Source: Takakia lepidozioides
Taxonomy: Eukaryota > Plantae > Bryophyta
Direction of reading: 5' to 3'
Assembly (NCBI GenBank): GCA_030704615.1
Contig: CM060731.1
Span: 58,528,001-58,592,000, forward strand
Length of the DNA stretch: 64,000 nucleotides
Made by a program: the position numbers and the translations under genes. The notes under the pieces are model-generated. The model did not search any database, had not been told where the DNA came from, and worked only from the letters and a program-made list of their open reading frames with translations. Position 1 is the stretch's first letter; each line of letters starts with the position of its first letter. Of this stretch, positions 63,583-64,000 are shown one piece after another.

Positions 63583-64000
63583 TCTTACCAGCTTTAGATG
63601 GTGCCTATATCTGTGTGTGCCACCGACTCACAGGAAAAAAATGGCACAGCAGCCATGGCGGGATTGACATCGCATCAAAGAAGCTCCACCACAATACTAG
63701 AATATTACGAGAGAGTACGGAATCCAGTTGGAGGGCCCGACAGGAAGCATCATACTCTGCTGTCCTGCACCTTGGCTACCATTTCATCTTCAGCTATAAC
63801 AACCCATCATGTTTGATAGCCATAATGTTCTCAAGTGCATTGGAATACATTGTTGATCCCTCTGGAACTGGAGCACACCTACCGGCATGCCCATGCGAAA
63901 CACAACGCTGCCGTAACATTTTGCTCAATTGTCGCATTTTGAAGAGGAAAGCAAGGAGACGTCAAAGCTCTGCTGTATGCATTCGTGAAGAACAGGGCGC

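Overview
Land-plant nuclear DNA, probably a bryophyte-like lineage (inferred from the TE repertoire and the intron-rich genes; not certain). 1-38.2 kb is a nested transposon cluster. It holds a decayed Ty1/copia element, DNA-transposon debris (hAT-like and CACTA MITEs, palindromic subterminal arrays) and a chromovirus relic. The key feature is a 16.2-kb Ty3/gypsy-type element (20720-36898, TSD GATT) whose termini are not ordinary LTRs but split direct repeats A...B-GC-A-B. It has a self-complementary primer site instead of a tRNA PBS, a 2-kb G-rich minisatellite, a Dnmt3-like C5 methyltransferase domain after the protease, and a PHD finger after the integrase C-terminus. The terminal geometry is what a two-LTR circle opened at an internal palindrome (GACA-GC-TGTC) would give. 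A full-length chromovirus (26212-33177) sits inside its gag. 38-64 kb is genic: a 19-exon FtsH12-like plastid AAA protease gene whose long intron carries SINE/LINE pieces and an 18S rDNA fragment, a small conserved putative plastid protein gene, and two 3-exon paralogues resembling F-box-associated beta-propeller proteins, plus a pseudogene fragment of one of them. All alignments were made by eye, so boundaries of degenerate elements are approximate.
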